Positions 13,289 to 26,150 of a stretch of DNA of 64,000 nucleotides are shown here, piece by piece. A program made the translations under genes and the position numbers. The notes beneath the pieces were generated by a model. The model ran no database searches, was not told where the DNA came from, and worked only from the letters and a program-made list of their open reading frames with translations. The DNA lies in the NCBI GenBank assembly GCA_951406725.2, contig OX597817.1:107446001-107510000 (forward strand), written 5' to 3'. The stretch's first letter is position 1, and each line of letters opens with the position of its first letter. The DNA comes from Octopus vulgaris (Eukaryota).

Positions 13289-15200
13289 GTGTCCAAAGCT
13301 GGAGTCTACTCTGTTATGGCTAAATCGGAAATTAGGTTGGCGAGCAAGCATATTTTGAGATGGATCAAAGGTGACATAATGAGGACACTTAAACTCTCCT
13401 TATGGCGCAATACCAATGAAGTTATTTCATGGTTTAAGGCAAACCAAGGTAGAGGCAGGACAAGGATCACCCATTTCGATATAGTAGAGCTTTATCCGCC
13501 TATATCGAAAGGGTTATTAGTTAAGACGATTATACTCCCTAGGGAATTTACTGACGTTAATGATAAGGATACAAATGTAATTATGCAAGCCAGGAAAACC
13601 CTGCTGTTCAACAAAGGTTTGGACTGGGTCAAACAAACTGACTCAGTACGCTCCTTTGACGTGACGATGGGAGCATTCAGTAGCGTTGATAATCTGCGAC
13701 CTAATAGGATTATATGTACCGGACACTTTAACAAAGATGCTTCCGTTGGCTCTTTTTGGTTCTATACAAAGATAACGATTTAGCCATCTCTAGAAGCGTA
13801 AACGGGCACACCCTATATCGGCTTGGAAGGAACCTAATTTATATGATGAACTCCCTTGCTCTTAAGATTAGAGTTGAGACCAATCTTACAATGGTTAATG
13901 TTTTAGATGTTACGCTCGATTTGGGTACCTGTTCATTCAGACCCTACCACAAACCAAACGAAAAGCTGTCGTACATTAACACAACTTTCTACACCCACCT
14001 ATTGTATTAGAACCTGGTGAAGAGTGTCAGTAAGAGGATTTCGAACCTGTCCTCAAATACAGAAATTTTCGACGCTGTGTCGCCTATTACAATAAGGCTT
14101 TGGCAGCCAGCGGGCTTAAGGGCCACATCTTCTTTATGCTGGGACCTAAAATCCGCAAAAGAGAGCGCCCTCGTAAGGTCATTTGCTGTTCTCCAACCTT
14201 CTCACCTAACATCAAAACCTGCGTGGGAAGGATATTCCTTACATTATTGGATAGACATTTCTCGCAATCCCATAGGTACGGACGATTATTTAATAGACAC
14301 AACTTAAGGGTCCCATTCAACTGTGCGCCCAGTGTAAAAAAGATTTTAGTGAACACTCCTAATTCCAGCACGGAGGCAAAATGCTCATGTAGGGTTAACA
14401 GTGAGTGCCCAGTCAGCAGTCGCGGCAACTCCGAGGCCGTGATCCTCGCGGCAGAGGTGGTGTCCTTTAGTAACCGCAGCAACGGCAGCAATAGCAGTAG
14501 CAACAACAACAGCAGCGTCAACATGTCCAGTAAGAACAGCACCAACGGTAACGATAGCAGGAGCAGCAGCAGAATCAACGGCATCACCTGCAACGTAAGG
14601 ACACATACAAGGCAATATGCTGGAACAACATGTGACCCGTTTAAGTTGAGACTAAATAACCACAGTTCCTCTGTTAGGATCCCAGAGAGGGGTGATGTTA
14701 CATCTTTGGCCGGCTACATATGGCATTTAAAAGAAGAGGGAATGCCTTACAGGATTAAATGGAAGCACTTAGAACAACATGGACTATACCTGAACGGAAA
14801 CAGGTGATACAAACTTTGCTTGAACGAGAGGACAAAAATCCTAAAAGAAATTCGCTTAATACAAGGTCCTTCTTAAATGTCAAAAGTGCGATATTTAGTC
14901 GATGTCCTCGTGAGAGAAAATTCATGTTGAAGACATGGACTTCACTGCTTGTTGACTAATGAGCGGAAATGACATAAACTGACCCTTTTCGGACACAACT
15001 GGAACCAGAAGAGGGTTTTCGCTTAGAAGAATTTTGTTTCAGGTTTCTTTTTTCATAACCTTGCTGAACAAAACTGTATTCTTACCGCCATTATCAAAGG
15101 GGTTTTGTGCCTCCGACATGCGAGTCCGATGAGATGCCTATATTACTAAGGGCAATAATCGACGTGGAACCACTGGCGACTTTCTGACCGGCCATAACCA
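13289..15200 (+). mobile_element. Penelope-like element (RT + GIY-YIG endonuclease), 5'-truncated and frameshifted
   Basis: RT motifs FDIVELYPPI, FDVTMGAF, LYKDNDLA (YRDDGLA) and VNVLDVTLDL..FRPYHKPN. GIY-YIG motifs CSCR..CP, YAGTT..FKLRLNNH, TSLAGYIWHLKE..Y.IKW and CLNERTKI. Confidence 0.92.
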
Positions 15201-16139
15201 ACTACTACATAACACATACACACACACACGCACGCATACACACACATGCACACACTTACATATTTACACATATACATGTATTCCTCCACACGCGCACATT
15301 TAACAATATTCATACACACAGATATAACACGCATACCTAATATGTATAAATCGCAGTATGTGTGTATAAATGACTAGCGCATACATTTCCACAATTGTCA
15401 ACCGATTTTCTCCAAACTTTACTCACGCATTAGTTATGTCCTAAGGATTCTCATACACTATAACATTTTGTCCAGAAATCCAGCGTAAATGGATATAAAT
15501 GGATATAGATTTTTGTATGTAGGGTGTTCCGTATTAATTTTTTTTTTTATAGAAGTGATAGGATTTTGTCTATTTACTTCGACTGTCCACCTGCATGGTG
15601 GCTCAATCAGGAAACAGGATTTGGAAGCTTTCATTTTGCTTTCATGTAAATAAAAGTTTATGTTAATTTAAAAGATTTATCCAAAAAATCTTATTTAGCT
15701 GTTATTTTTAGCACAACACGTATTATGTCTCCGGTAATTTTTCTTTCATATAAGTAAATGTTTATGTTAATTTAAAAGATTTTCCAAATCCGTTGCATGT
15801 ACATAGTTTTTTTTATATGTTGGGCCTTCCATACTTTTTTAAATCTTTATCGTTGTATATTGGGATTAGAGAATATTTTTTATTGTGATTAAATTGACTA
15901 GGAACACGTACGCGATGAATATCCAATACCAAACAATCTTAATCTCCATATTTAAGCTGCTTTAAACTTTGGCAAGCTTACCTTTACCCATTCTGAGTTA
16001 CTTGAAATGTGATATTCCATTTCCTCTCTTCTATTTCTTAATACTTTTGTTTACCTACTAATGCTTATTTAAGGATGATTATTTACCCATCCATTATGAT
16101 ATTTCGACTGTTGTCTATTATTTCAAATACGCATAGAAC

Positions 16140-16440
16140 AGGGCACATGGAAATTTGTCATTGAACTTGCAGACATTAGCACACATCAGCAAATAATTTG
16201 CTTGCTGAATTCTATAAACGAGAGCCACTATTCTTGTTTAGATACATCGATCTAGGGGATAGATTTGATTGAAGAGACATAATCAGATTGAAACATCGGA
16301 GTCTCAAATTTCCGACACGTTAATGAAACTATCGTGTTGTTTAAACACATCATCTGAGAAGAGTTGTTTTCCGAATGTGAACTACAACAACGAGTAACAT
16401 ATTCACGTTCAAATCTAGTAAGTATGATCATGTCCGTCAT
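16140..16440 (+). pseudogene. hAT transposase C-terminal (dimerisation domain) remnant
   Basis: Homologous to 27260-27560 (GCAGA.ATTAGCAC.CATCAGCAA; GTTGTT.TCCGAA; TAACATATTCA). The translation EELFSE..YSRSNL resembles CE.LFS.M..RS.L. Confidence 0.4.
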
Positions 16441-17154
16441 CGTTTTCATCATCACTGTTCTATATGCACATGGTAATTTATTAACGTTTAAGTTTCTTTA
16501 TTTTATTCAAACTTACACAGTTTGACACAAAATTACACAGTACGTTTATTTTGTATGTGTTTCTTTTGTCAAAGTTACAACCTCCATTTACAATTTCCAT
16601 TAATCAATCATGTAAATGTATCAAGAAAGTTTCTCTCCAAAGGCCATGCAGCAAATCTCGCCTCTCTCTATAACTGATATTGTCGAGGGCAAATTCAAGG
16701 GCCGATACAGTTCGACACCAGTGTCGTAGCAGGCTTCAGAAGGTAAGGATCCAGAAGAAATACTACAGGTGATTTTGTCTAACGCCCTATAATTATACCT
16801 GTCCATCACCTTAAAGTGTTCGGGTGAAAGGCAACGTTCACTTAAGAGGAAATCGAACTCCAAACGTAAAGCACTGAAACAAACACTGCAAAGTATATCG
16901 CCTGACACCATACCGATTCAGCCAATCCGCCGCCTTTTTATGTCATAATATATTGATTTCAAATTTTGGTACAAGGCCAGCAAGTTCGAAGGACTGTCAA
17001 ATATATTTACAGAATTGCTGTACAGTGACACATCGCAAATCACGCGATATTATAACATTTCTTAAAGTTAAAAGAACGATTAAACATTTCTAAGAGTCCG
17101 ACTTGATAGTAAATCTAATTAATGGCTTACATTTTCCAAATGTAAAGGCTGTTT

Positions 17155-17253
17155 TCATACATACATGCATACATACATACATACATACATACATACATAC
17201 ATACATACATACATACATACATACATACATACATGCATGCATACATACATACA

Positions 17254-17285
<32 letters not shown>

Positions 17286-17299
17286 CATACATACATACA

Positions 17300-17333
<34 letters not shown>

Positions 17334-17490
17334 CATACATACATACATACATGCATACATACATGCACATACATACATACATACATACATACATACAGAC
17401 AGACAGACAGACAGACAGGCATACATACATAAATATATACATACATACATACATACATACAGACAGACAGACAGACAGACAGACAGATAG
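17155..17490. repeat. (CATA)n/(CAGA)n compound microsatellite
   Basis: Direct reading. Confidence 0.95.
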
Positions 17491-19525
17491 AAAGACCGGC
17501 ATACATACACACATGATGATTTCTCCATCTTCACAGGTGATTGTCCACACCTTTGTTTCCTCGTTGTCGATGGCATTCTGACTTCCCCTCCATGAGCGTA
17601 AAGTTATATAATCTGATTGTTACCTAACACTCCATTGTATTCTTTGCGAGAACGCGATTGGTAAGATCAGCCATGATGGATATCTAATACTATACATTTC
17701 GATAATTTCCTTAGCCTGCCCGCGCTGAAGACTTTCTGCCAACGCGTACTCTCTTTTTAGGTGGCATGCTTGTATTATTTGGAAAAGGAAAATGGGTTTT
17801 AGTGTACCAAGTGTTTATCTATTCTATCATAAGCTAACAAAAGTCCCTTTATTCTGTCTTACCATATAGCCTGCGCATAAAAGTAACAGTGAATGCAGCA
17901 TAAAGTGAAATTGGCATGGAGCTTTCCGAAAGATACGTATTACTTTCGCTACTGGTAGCAAAACTATTATTTAAAGGTTGATTCTTTAGGACGAATCATA
18001 TGTGATTGTTTGAAAAAGGCTCGAACCTCAATGCTAAAACGTGTTGGGACTTTGACAATTAGTTTAGAGACAGTACACTTAAACACGTGGAGAGATTTTG
18101 AGAAAATCATAATTGTTTAAGCTCGCTTGTTTACTTTTTATACATGTAAACTTTTCTTCTCGAAAGTAAAGTCTAAGATAAATTCTAAATATGTTGAACA
18201 CAATATTAGAGAGAGAGAAAAATCTGAAATCCGAAGAAAATGATGGTGATCTGTGTCAGCAACTATTTAGTTCAAGGAGACTTTTAGCATATAGTAGATC
18301 TTTTAAGATTCTGTTAAAATTTAAAATGATAACTTAATGGTAAAGTTAAGTTTCATAACTTCCAATTTTGTCAGTCTTGCCCGAGCACGCATATAATTAA
18401 ATGCATTCCAGTCCTGCTCATCTAATCTTTTTGTATATCTACATTGTCTGATGTATCCTTCCATTTTTTAAAAACTACTTTATGTTCTTTTTCTAAGACA
18501 ATGGGTATAATTTGTGGAAGATTTAGCTGCTGTTTCTCGCATATCAAGCTGAGGATTCCGCGTTAATTTGTTACATAGCTATTTAGGCCATTGGAGCACC
18601 ACTGAAAACCTATCTTCATACAGCGTATCCAAGAAACATCAGCCAACTAGTAAATCGATAAATGGGTCAACATACATAACAATTTTATTAACAAAAAGAA
18701 AAGGAAATAGTATGAGTCGTTGTTAAATATAAATATACGGACAGCGGAGTGTGGGAAGTCATCCATAATGTATATGTGCAGTCCTTTTAAGTGTCCTTAG
18801 TGTGAGAAAAAGATAGAAACTATAGATGAATGCGCAAAATTCTTGAGAAAGACAAAGCTTGATAGAAAGAATATATATTTTACCCCAGTAGTTTGAGGCA
18901 GATAATCATCAGTGGAGAGATAACCAGGAAAGTACACAGTGACAAGGACTGATTATTGTGGGAAATATATAAATAAGTCATATAGAATATTTACATATAT
19001 CTCGATATTTCTACATTTATATTTTAGATGTAAGCAGACTTCCTCGTTCTGAGATTAAAATATCTAATTCGATACACGGCCGACAGAAGGTTACTTTTAC
19101 GCAATTAGTCGTGCGTCTGTGATAGCTACAGAAGTAATTAGGTGCACATCTGTTATAGTTGTAGTTCGAGTCACAGTGGTAGACTTGCACGTTTTACTAT
19201 GTAAGGGTTTTATTTAGTCGTTACTTGTAATCGCATATGATTTGATAGCATATACCATGCTTTCGCTACTTGTTTTAGGTACCCAAGTACGAGTAGATAT
19301 AGACACCATCTTGGATCTCTCACCCTTGACCCAGCGGAATATCGAAGATGTGACGATTGGCGAAAGGGTTGGTACTAATTTCAGCTGAGTAGACAAGAGC
19401 AACTTAAAATGAAATTTCTTTCTCATCCGGTCTCGGGTTTGTAGCCACGATCATTTCATCATGAACACAAACCTTAACCATTAGGTTACGCACCTTCATT
19501 GAAAGGATTTTTAACCCAATGTATC

Positions 19526-19587
<62 letters not shown>

Positions 19588-19920
19588 AGGAGACCCCCTT
19601 CGGTCATGAATGACCATGGGATTGCACCTAGAAAGTTACCCTCCGAGGCACAAGTCCGGGCAAGGTTGTTTGTAGAAAGCCACCAGTCGCCCATGCATAC
19701 CAGCCTCCTCTCTCCACACCTATGATGTTACCCAAGGGAAAGGCAAAGGCCAATACAGCTTGGCACCAGTGATGTCGCAACTCATTTCTACAGCTGAGTG
19801 AACTGGAGCAACGTAAAATAAAGTGTCTTGCTCAAGAACACAACACGCAGCCCGGTCCAGGGATCAAACTCACAACTTCACGATTGTAAGTTCGACGCTC
19901 TAACCACTGAGCCATGCGCC

Positions 19921-19923
<3 letters not shown>
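19588..19923 (-). mobile_element. tRNA-derived SINE family C
   Basis: Minus-strand head GAAGGCGCATGGCTCAGTGGTTAGAGCG (A box) and GTGAGTTTGATCCC (B box), with core CAAGACACTTTATTTTACGTTGCTCCAGTTCACTCAGCTG. Confidence 0.85.
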
Positions 19924-19968
<45 letters not shown>

Positions 19969-20149
19969 TACACACACACATACATATATATATATAGCTG
20001 CATTCGCTTCGAGATGCAGCGTTGAAAGACTTATTTACATATTTCTCGAGAAATATAAATGCTTATGCATTTATATTCTCGATTTAAACAGACTTATATT
20101 TTTGTATGTGAGTAAAGCATCCAATCCGTTGAAGGAGTGACGGAAGATT

Positions 20150-20748
20150 ATTCGAAACAATAACTATTCGCTAACATAAACTTCCAACTATAGATATTTT
20201 CTGGCAGCAAATAGTTGAACTTCAGGATAGTATCTCCCCAAAACTGAAAACATGCTTCTATGTATACATCGAAAACTTATCCTCAAGAACTAAATCACAC
20301 TTCATGTATTTCACTTCTTAGGAACTATGACCATGTCAAGAAAAAAATGAAAATTTTTGGCTTCGTTTCTAAGAACCCTTTTTAAAGGTCTCTTCTTGGA
20401 TCTGAATTTTCTTTTATAATTAGAAGATTCGAGTGATTTCAAAGTTACAAAGTGAAATAAATTCAATAAATTCAATATCCGCTAGACCCAGAATTCCATG
20501 TATGAAGACTGTTCAATCACCATCTTAGTGTTTTCTTGTATATTTGGTTTCTGATTATTCAGTTGATCAATAATGTCAACCATAAAAAATAAAGCCTGAA
20601 TCTTGTCAGTATCTTTAAATTCCTACACATTCTTTTCTTTAGCTTCTAAAAAAAAAAAAGAAAAGAAAAGGTAAAAACATTTCATCAAACAATTCATAGA
20701 AGTGTTATCCTCAGTCCGAGAATATTGTTGTGATGAGGCAGTCTTTGT
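20150..20748 (-). pseudogene. hAT transposase remnant, C-terminal half (continuation of 25204-26150)
   Basis: LPHH...FLEAKEK..EFKDTDKIQALFFMVDIIDQLNNQ..IQ matches the hAT LAFLVDIT.HLN.LN..LQG motif. NLFHFVTL follows. Confidence 0.65.
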
Positions 20749-20942
20749 AGAATATCGGTTTCAAATAACACAAGGCCAGCGACTTCGGGGAAGGGGATAA
20801 GTCGATTACATAGACCTCAGTGCTCAACTGGTACTTATTTTATCGACTCCGAAAGGATGAAAGGCGAGGTCAATCTCAGCGAAATTTAAATTCAGAACTT
20901 AAAGATGGACGAAATGCCGCTAAGTGTTTTGCACGGCCAGCT
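20749..20942 (-). mobile_element. SINE family A; its head is split by the MITE and the remainder lies at about 25196-25203
   Basis: Family core CCGAAAGGATGAAAGGCGAGGTCAA. TSD CAGTCT(T/A)TGT at 20739-20748 and 25204-25213. Confidence 0.8.
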
Positions 20943-20947
20943 CCCCG

Positions 20948-23900
20948 GGATCTAGTGTTTTTCATTCGCAAAATGAGCCCCTTTAATTTTGCTCAGATTA
21001 CTTTCGGTTTTGGTGTATCGATGCAACTCTGAATTTTGATTACGATCAACCAGTTACTTTATCTCGTAAATTAAAGAACCTGATGTTATTTAGAATTAAA
21101 GTTGGGAAATTTGGGTAATTTTAGCCAACTAACAGACAGCGAGGCATTAACAGCTTGTTACCATGACAACCGCACATTGTGTTGTGTTCCCGTATGTTGT
21201 GTCGATTCTTCACACCACGAAATTTACTTCACCTGCGTATTTTGTTTTAATAAAAATTTATATTTATCAATTAAAATTTTATTATAGATATTTTTCATCA
21301 ATTGTCTTAATATTTTACATATTTTTCATATATAGCAAGAGTTGTTTGCGATGTTTATACAGCTCGTATCCGAGCATTGGGTTCGTCAGTTTCCGTCCAG
21401 TCTCCTTGGCTGATGTTTGTGCCGAAAGTGATTTTGAAGTCCAAGTCGGTGGTGAAGGAATCGTGGGCAGAACTCGCAGGGGATGGTCGGTGCAAGTCGA
21501 GGTTGTTGAAGACGCTCCTTTCTTCTGCGTTTTGCCTCCTCATTCTGTTGTTCGTTCTACTCGAAGGAGCTGGCTCCATTGCGGATAGCAGTCCTCTAGG
21601 CTATCCTATCCATGGCAATCTGTTTCCATGAGGATGACTGGATGTTAGCTTGAGCCAAGGTCCGTTTGACCTGGTCTTTAAAACGGAATTTCGGACCTCT
21701 TCTGGGTGTTGTTCCGATTGCAATTTCTCCGTAGAGCATGATCCTTTGGAGACGAAATGGCTCCATACGCTGGATGTGACTTGCCCAGTGGAGACGATGG
21801 CGAAGAATGGTGGCTTCGACATTTGGTAGTGAGGCGCGGCGAAGAACCTTGTTGTTGGTAACGTGATCTTCCCATTGTATGTTGAGGAACCGTCGTAACT
21901 TCGATTGCTGGAAGCATTCAATGCACTTGAATTCATGGCGGTACAACGTCCAAATCTCACAAGGGTAGAACAGAGTTGACAGGATAATAACACGGAAGAT
22001 CATGATCTTTGTCCGGGTGGTCAGCACGTGATTGAAGAATACACGTTGGCTGAGTCTGCCGAAGGAGGAGTGGGCCGCCCCCAATCCTGTTCTCCACGTC
22101 CTTTTCACACGGGTGGGGTCTTCAAAAGGATACTTCCAAGGTAGGTGAAGTGTTCAACTTCTTCTAAAGGTTGGCCGTTGATGCTAAAATTTGTGGGTGA
22201 ACTGTTCTGGCCTGGTGCAGGTTGGATCAGTGTCTTGGTCTTTAATGTGTTTACCTGCGTCCCAAAGCGTTCATAATCCGCGTTGTAAAGATTGGCCGAC
22301 CTTTGTAGGTCATCTGAGGTCTGGCTCGGAGTGGCATTGTCGTCAGCATACTGCATCTCACGGACTGAGATGGCGGAGGTCCTCGTCTTTGCACGGACAC
22401 GTACGAGATTGTTGATGGAAGGCGAGCCTAGTGCGATTTCGTTGAACATCGCGGCTATGTACAAAGAAAAGCAGGTTGGTGCCAGGACGCATCCTTGCTT
22501 AACACCCCCAGCGAAGAGTAACGGATCTGTGAGGGCATACCCTACCCACCATCTGCCGTGAAAAGAGCGGTCCAGGGCAATGAAATCTTCCGGACCTCTA
22601 AACCGGGCAAGGATGGCCCACATTGTAAGACGGGGGATCTTGTCAAAGGCTTTCTTTAGATCCCAGAAGATGAACATTGCAAGCTGTTATTGTTCCTGAC
22701 ACTTCTGGAGTTGACAGGTACAAAAGATCATGTCGATTGTGCCTCGAGAGGGAGAACGTCTTCCGCGAGGATGAGGAGGTCTTGCTTTCCAAGATCTTGA
22801 GGATAAGGAGCATCAGATGAGTTCTCAGTTCAGGACCTCCGTGCGTGAAAAACCCCAACGGGGTGTTGTCTGGTCCTGGAGCTTTCCCCGGCTTCATGCG
22901 TGCAAGTGCCTTATTTAGCTTATGGCGTGAGGGCGGCAGGGACATCCAGTGGCGGATTGGGGGGGGGGCTGTGGGGGTATTTTGGATGATATCGTCAGGA
23001 GTGCGTAAGTGGTCGTTAAGTAGGCACTCGAAATGGAACTTCCATCGATCGAGGATTCCCTGTCGGTTATCGTAGAGTCATCTGCGTTCTTCAGGCCACC
23101 CACTGATGACCTTGTGGGGCCGAAGATCTCCTTGATTGCGGCATAAAAGCTGCGGAAGTCTTGTTGACCTGCATAGTTTTGCATCTTCTTTGCTTTCCTC
23201 TGCCATCAAATGTTCTGAGCTTCTCGAATTTCTCACTGGTATTCCGCTGATGCATGCTAATGCTTTCGTTTGTTTTCCGCAGTGGCATGGTTCTCGAGGG
23301 CTAGGCGCACCTGGAGTTTATCTTCGATAAGACGGAAGATGGCTTCACCATTCTCATCAAACCAGTCTTGGTCCTTCTTTCGGGCAAAGCCGATCGCTTC
23401 TTCGGTGGTAGCGGGCATAGCTTCACGAAGGCTGGTCCAGTGATCCTCAATTGGGGTTGGCTCTGGGTGGTCCATCAGGTGTCTCAATGGATTTCTTGGT
23501 CTTGGGATGCCAGTGAGTTCCGGCGTTTGGCGCAGTCGAAGCGTCGGCAAGGGATGCTTGCTGAGACGCGCTTTGGTGGGCAGTGGATCTTGATGTCAAG
23601 GCGAGAAATAAGAAGACGGTGATCCGTCAGCAGTTATCTGCGCCAGGCATGGAGCGTGTGATGCGTACGTTTCGCCTGTCTCTGGATCGTGTCAGAACGT
23701 AGATGAGGATGTGCCAGTATTTAGACTGTGGGTGTTTCCGGGTCGCTTTTTGTCGGGTAGGGAAACGAAATAGGGAGTTGGCCATTGGCATTGCGTTTCC
23801 CAATACCGTGATGACCAAGAATGCCATTCCACAGACAATAGTCACTGTCGTTAAAGTCCCCCAACACGACGAGTCTATCATGCGCGGGGACTGTCTGGAT

Positions 23901-25191
23901 GGTGCGATCCAGCAGGTTGTAGAACGAAGCCTTGATGTCGTCTTCAGATGTGAAGGTAAGGGCATACACAGAGATTAGCGTAAGGAATCTGTCTCGAATG
24001 AGTGGGATCAGAACAGTCATCAGGCGCTCACTGACGGCAGTTGGGACGATTTGATAGCAAGGCCAACCCCATGGATGCGTGGTTCATTAGAATTCTGCCC
24101 CTTCCAAAAGATGGTGTATTTGGAGTCAACTTCTCTGATGCTGCCTTCTCCAGGAAGCCTAGTCTCGCTCAAGGCTGCCACGTCGATGTTGGAGCAGACA
24201 AGTTCCTTGCAGACGAGGGCTGGACAATTAATGTCACTCTTGTCCTGGAGAGTGCGGATGTTCCAGGCCTCGAAGGTGAGAGGTTGTGAAACAGAGGATT
24301 TAGTAGACTTTCGACCGCTAAGTGGGAGGTCACCCAGCCGCGGTAGACTGGCCAGATCGAGTTGCCGTGTTCAATATTTACCCCACTTTTTCAAGGGGCT
24401 TCCCCTTGAGGGGTGGGCTGCGGTAATCCTAAAGAGGCCAGCCCAGTCACAAGTCTAGCTGCCAAACTCCAATGTCACGGCTATTCATTGGAGAGCGACC
24501 ATCTGAAATTTGCCGCCAATGTGTGGTCACGGAGTAGAGGCTTCCAGCTTTTCAGACCTACCTGCGGTACCCACGACACCATCGACATTGGGCTTTTTGA
24601 GACAGATTAGAAAGACGAAGCCATTCGCCGAGTAAATTGTTTGAGGTGATCGTGGCTGCGCGACGGCTATACGCACGCATATGGCCAGGAACTTCTCCAT
24701 TGCGGCTGAAGGATTGAGACGTGCAGTTTTGATGGGGCTGGTTGCAGCAAGCTGCCGGAGTCTATTCGCCATTGTCATGCTTGCCCGCCAGACGTTGCCC
24801 TCTTCCACCGGGTCAATCCTTGGGGGCTTGAGATAGCCCTCCTCCGCTTGTTCCGCCGTTGGGGTCTTGATGTTGGTGTTTGGTCGTGTTTAGTATGGGA
24901 CCTTATCCTCGACCTGAGGTCATTGCTCAGAAGACTAAACTATAAATTTCACAGGATACAACCTTAAATGAAGAAATGCAGAAAATGCAGAAAATTTGTC
25001 TCGCTATCTGCTATAAATACACAGTTTTTTTCGATTTTTAAACCTCTGTAACACTTTTCCTCCATTTTTTTTCCTCCACAACATCATACCTTCATAGCAT
25101 GGGAATCTTTATTATTATAGTCAATTTTCAGATTTTTTACTGTCTTTTAAAAAATGCATATTTTGCGAATGAAAAAAAAAAAACTAGATCC
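20948..25191. mobile_element. Non-autonomous DNA transposon (MITE, about 0.65 kb) hosting the RTE LINE
   Basis: Terminal inverted repeats GGATCTAGTGTTTTTCATTCGCAAAAT (20948-20974) and ATTTTGCGAATG(A)nCTAGATCC (25160-25191). Confidence 0.65.
21345..24930 (-). mobile_element. Near-full-length RTE-clade (BovB-like) LINE with APE endonuclease, RT and C2H2 finger; inactivated by frameshifts and an internal deletion
   Basis: AWNIRTL..IDVAALSETRL..YTIFWKG, LISVYA, VLGDFN, KAPGPD, DLKKAFD, GVKQGCVLAP, QYADD, FTYLGS and CEFCPR..H..LGLQNH. A GC-rich 5' UTR of about 0.6 kb precedes the coding region. Confidence 0.95.
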
Positions 25192-25203
25192 GCTTCCCGC
25201 CTT

Positions 25204-26150
25204 CAGTCTATGTCTTTCAAGTAAATATATTGTCAGGGATTTAATTACTCGTGCGTACAACTGTTTTTACCACGATTTCAAACATGACATGGTTCGTTTT
25301 TAGAAATTTGCATAACACTTCGCGATATATTGTGTGATGGACACTGTAGAAATGGTAATCTATTTGTAACCTACAATGTTGATTTTAATCTGGACACACA
25401 ACCTAAATCCCTGTCTACTGTTTACGAAGTCCCGTCTGTGCCCGAACTCACGGTCTGTTTCCAGTTAATGCTAGATTTATCTACAGAGATAGCCTAAGAC
25501 TGAAAAATATATTACCCTGTTATTTAATCTTTCAGTGGGACAAATTCCACAGATTCTTTTGATTCACATCTCCATCAAAACCTCAAAAAATAGTAATACA
25601 AAAATGTTGGTGATTTCAATGAAGCAATAGAAAATACGAAAAAAAAAAAAGAAAAAAGAATGAAGTTTAAGTTTTCAGAGATATCCATAACATGCTCTAT
25701 ATCAATGTTCCTTAACAATGTTGTATCTGAAAATAATTGCTATTTTCCTCAGAGCAAACACTGAAGCCTAAATCACGCGTTTTTAATAAAATAAATAAAT
25801 AAATAAATTCACCTTCTGTAAAGGTCTTTGACAAAATAGCTATTTCATTTCCAATTACGCAACTAGCTCTTTCATTTCCACTTTCGCAACTAGCCTTAAC
25901 TACAGCATTATCCTTTTTTACAGAGGCTTTTAAAAGCTGACTGCATAGTTTAGCAATTTTTTCTTCGCAAATCTTGTTATTATAATCTTTAAATTTATTT
26001 TCATGAGTGTTATAATGTCATAGGATTTTATAATCTTTGACAACAGAAATTTGTTTACTGCAAATTAATCAGGCTAGCTTATCTTCCAATTGGACAAAAA
26101 ATATAAAACTATTCTCTTTATTTTATATCAGTAGTGGGAGAGGGGCGCAC
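25204..26150 (-). pseudogene. hAT (GTF2IRD2/SPIN-like) transposase remnant, N-terminal half
   Basis: FFVQLEDKLA*LICSKQISVVKDYKIL*HYNTH, IAILSKTFTEGEF, YFSIA, RGFDG..SVEFVPLKD*ITG*YIF and INWKQTVSSGTDGTS. Confidence 0.75.

Noticed and set aside
16140-16440. Duplicated 'exon' (with 27260-27560) having AG/GT-like borders
   Set aside because: No open frame is conserved between the copies; the similarity is better explained as hAT C-terminal remnants.
16621-16911. 96-aa Cys-containing ORF
   Set aside because: Its 5' part is a diverged SINE A head read in frame by chance.
19860-19923. tRNA-like sequences (also about 46880-46946, about 55577-55615 and SINE B heads)
   Set aside because: These are SINE heads with A/B boxes joined to SINE bodies; no complete cloverleaf.
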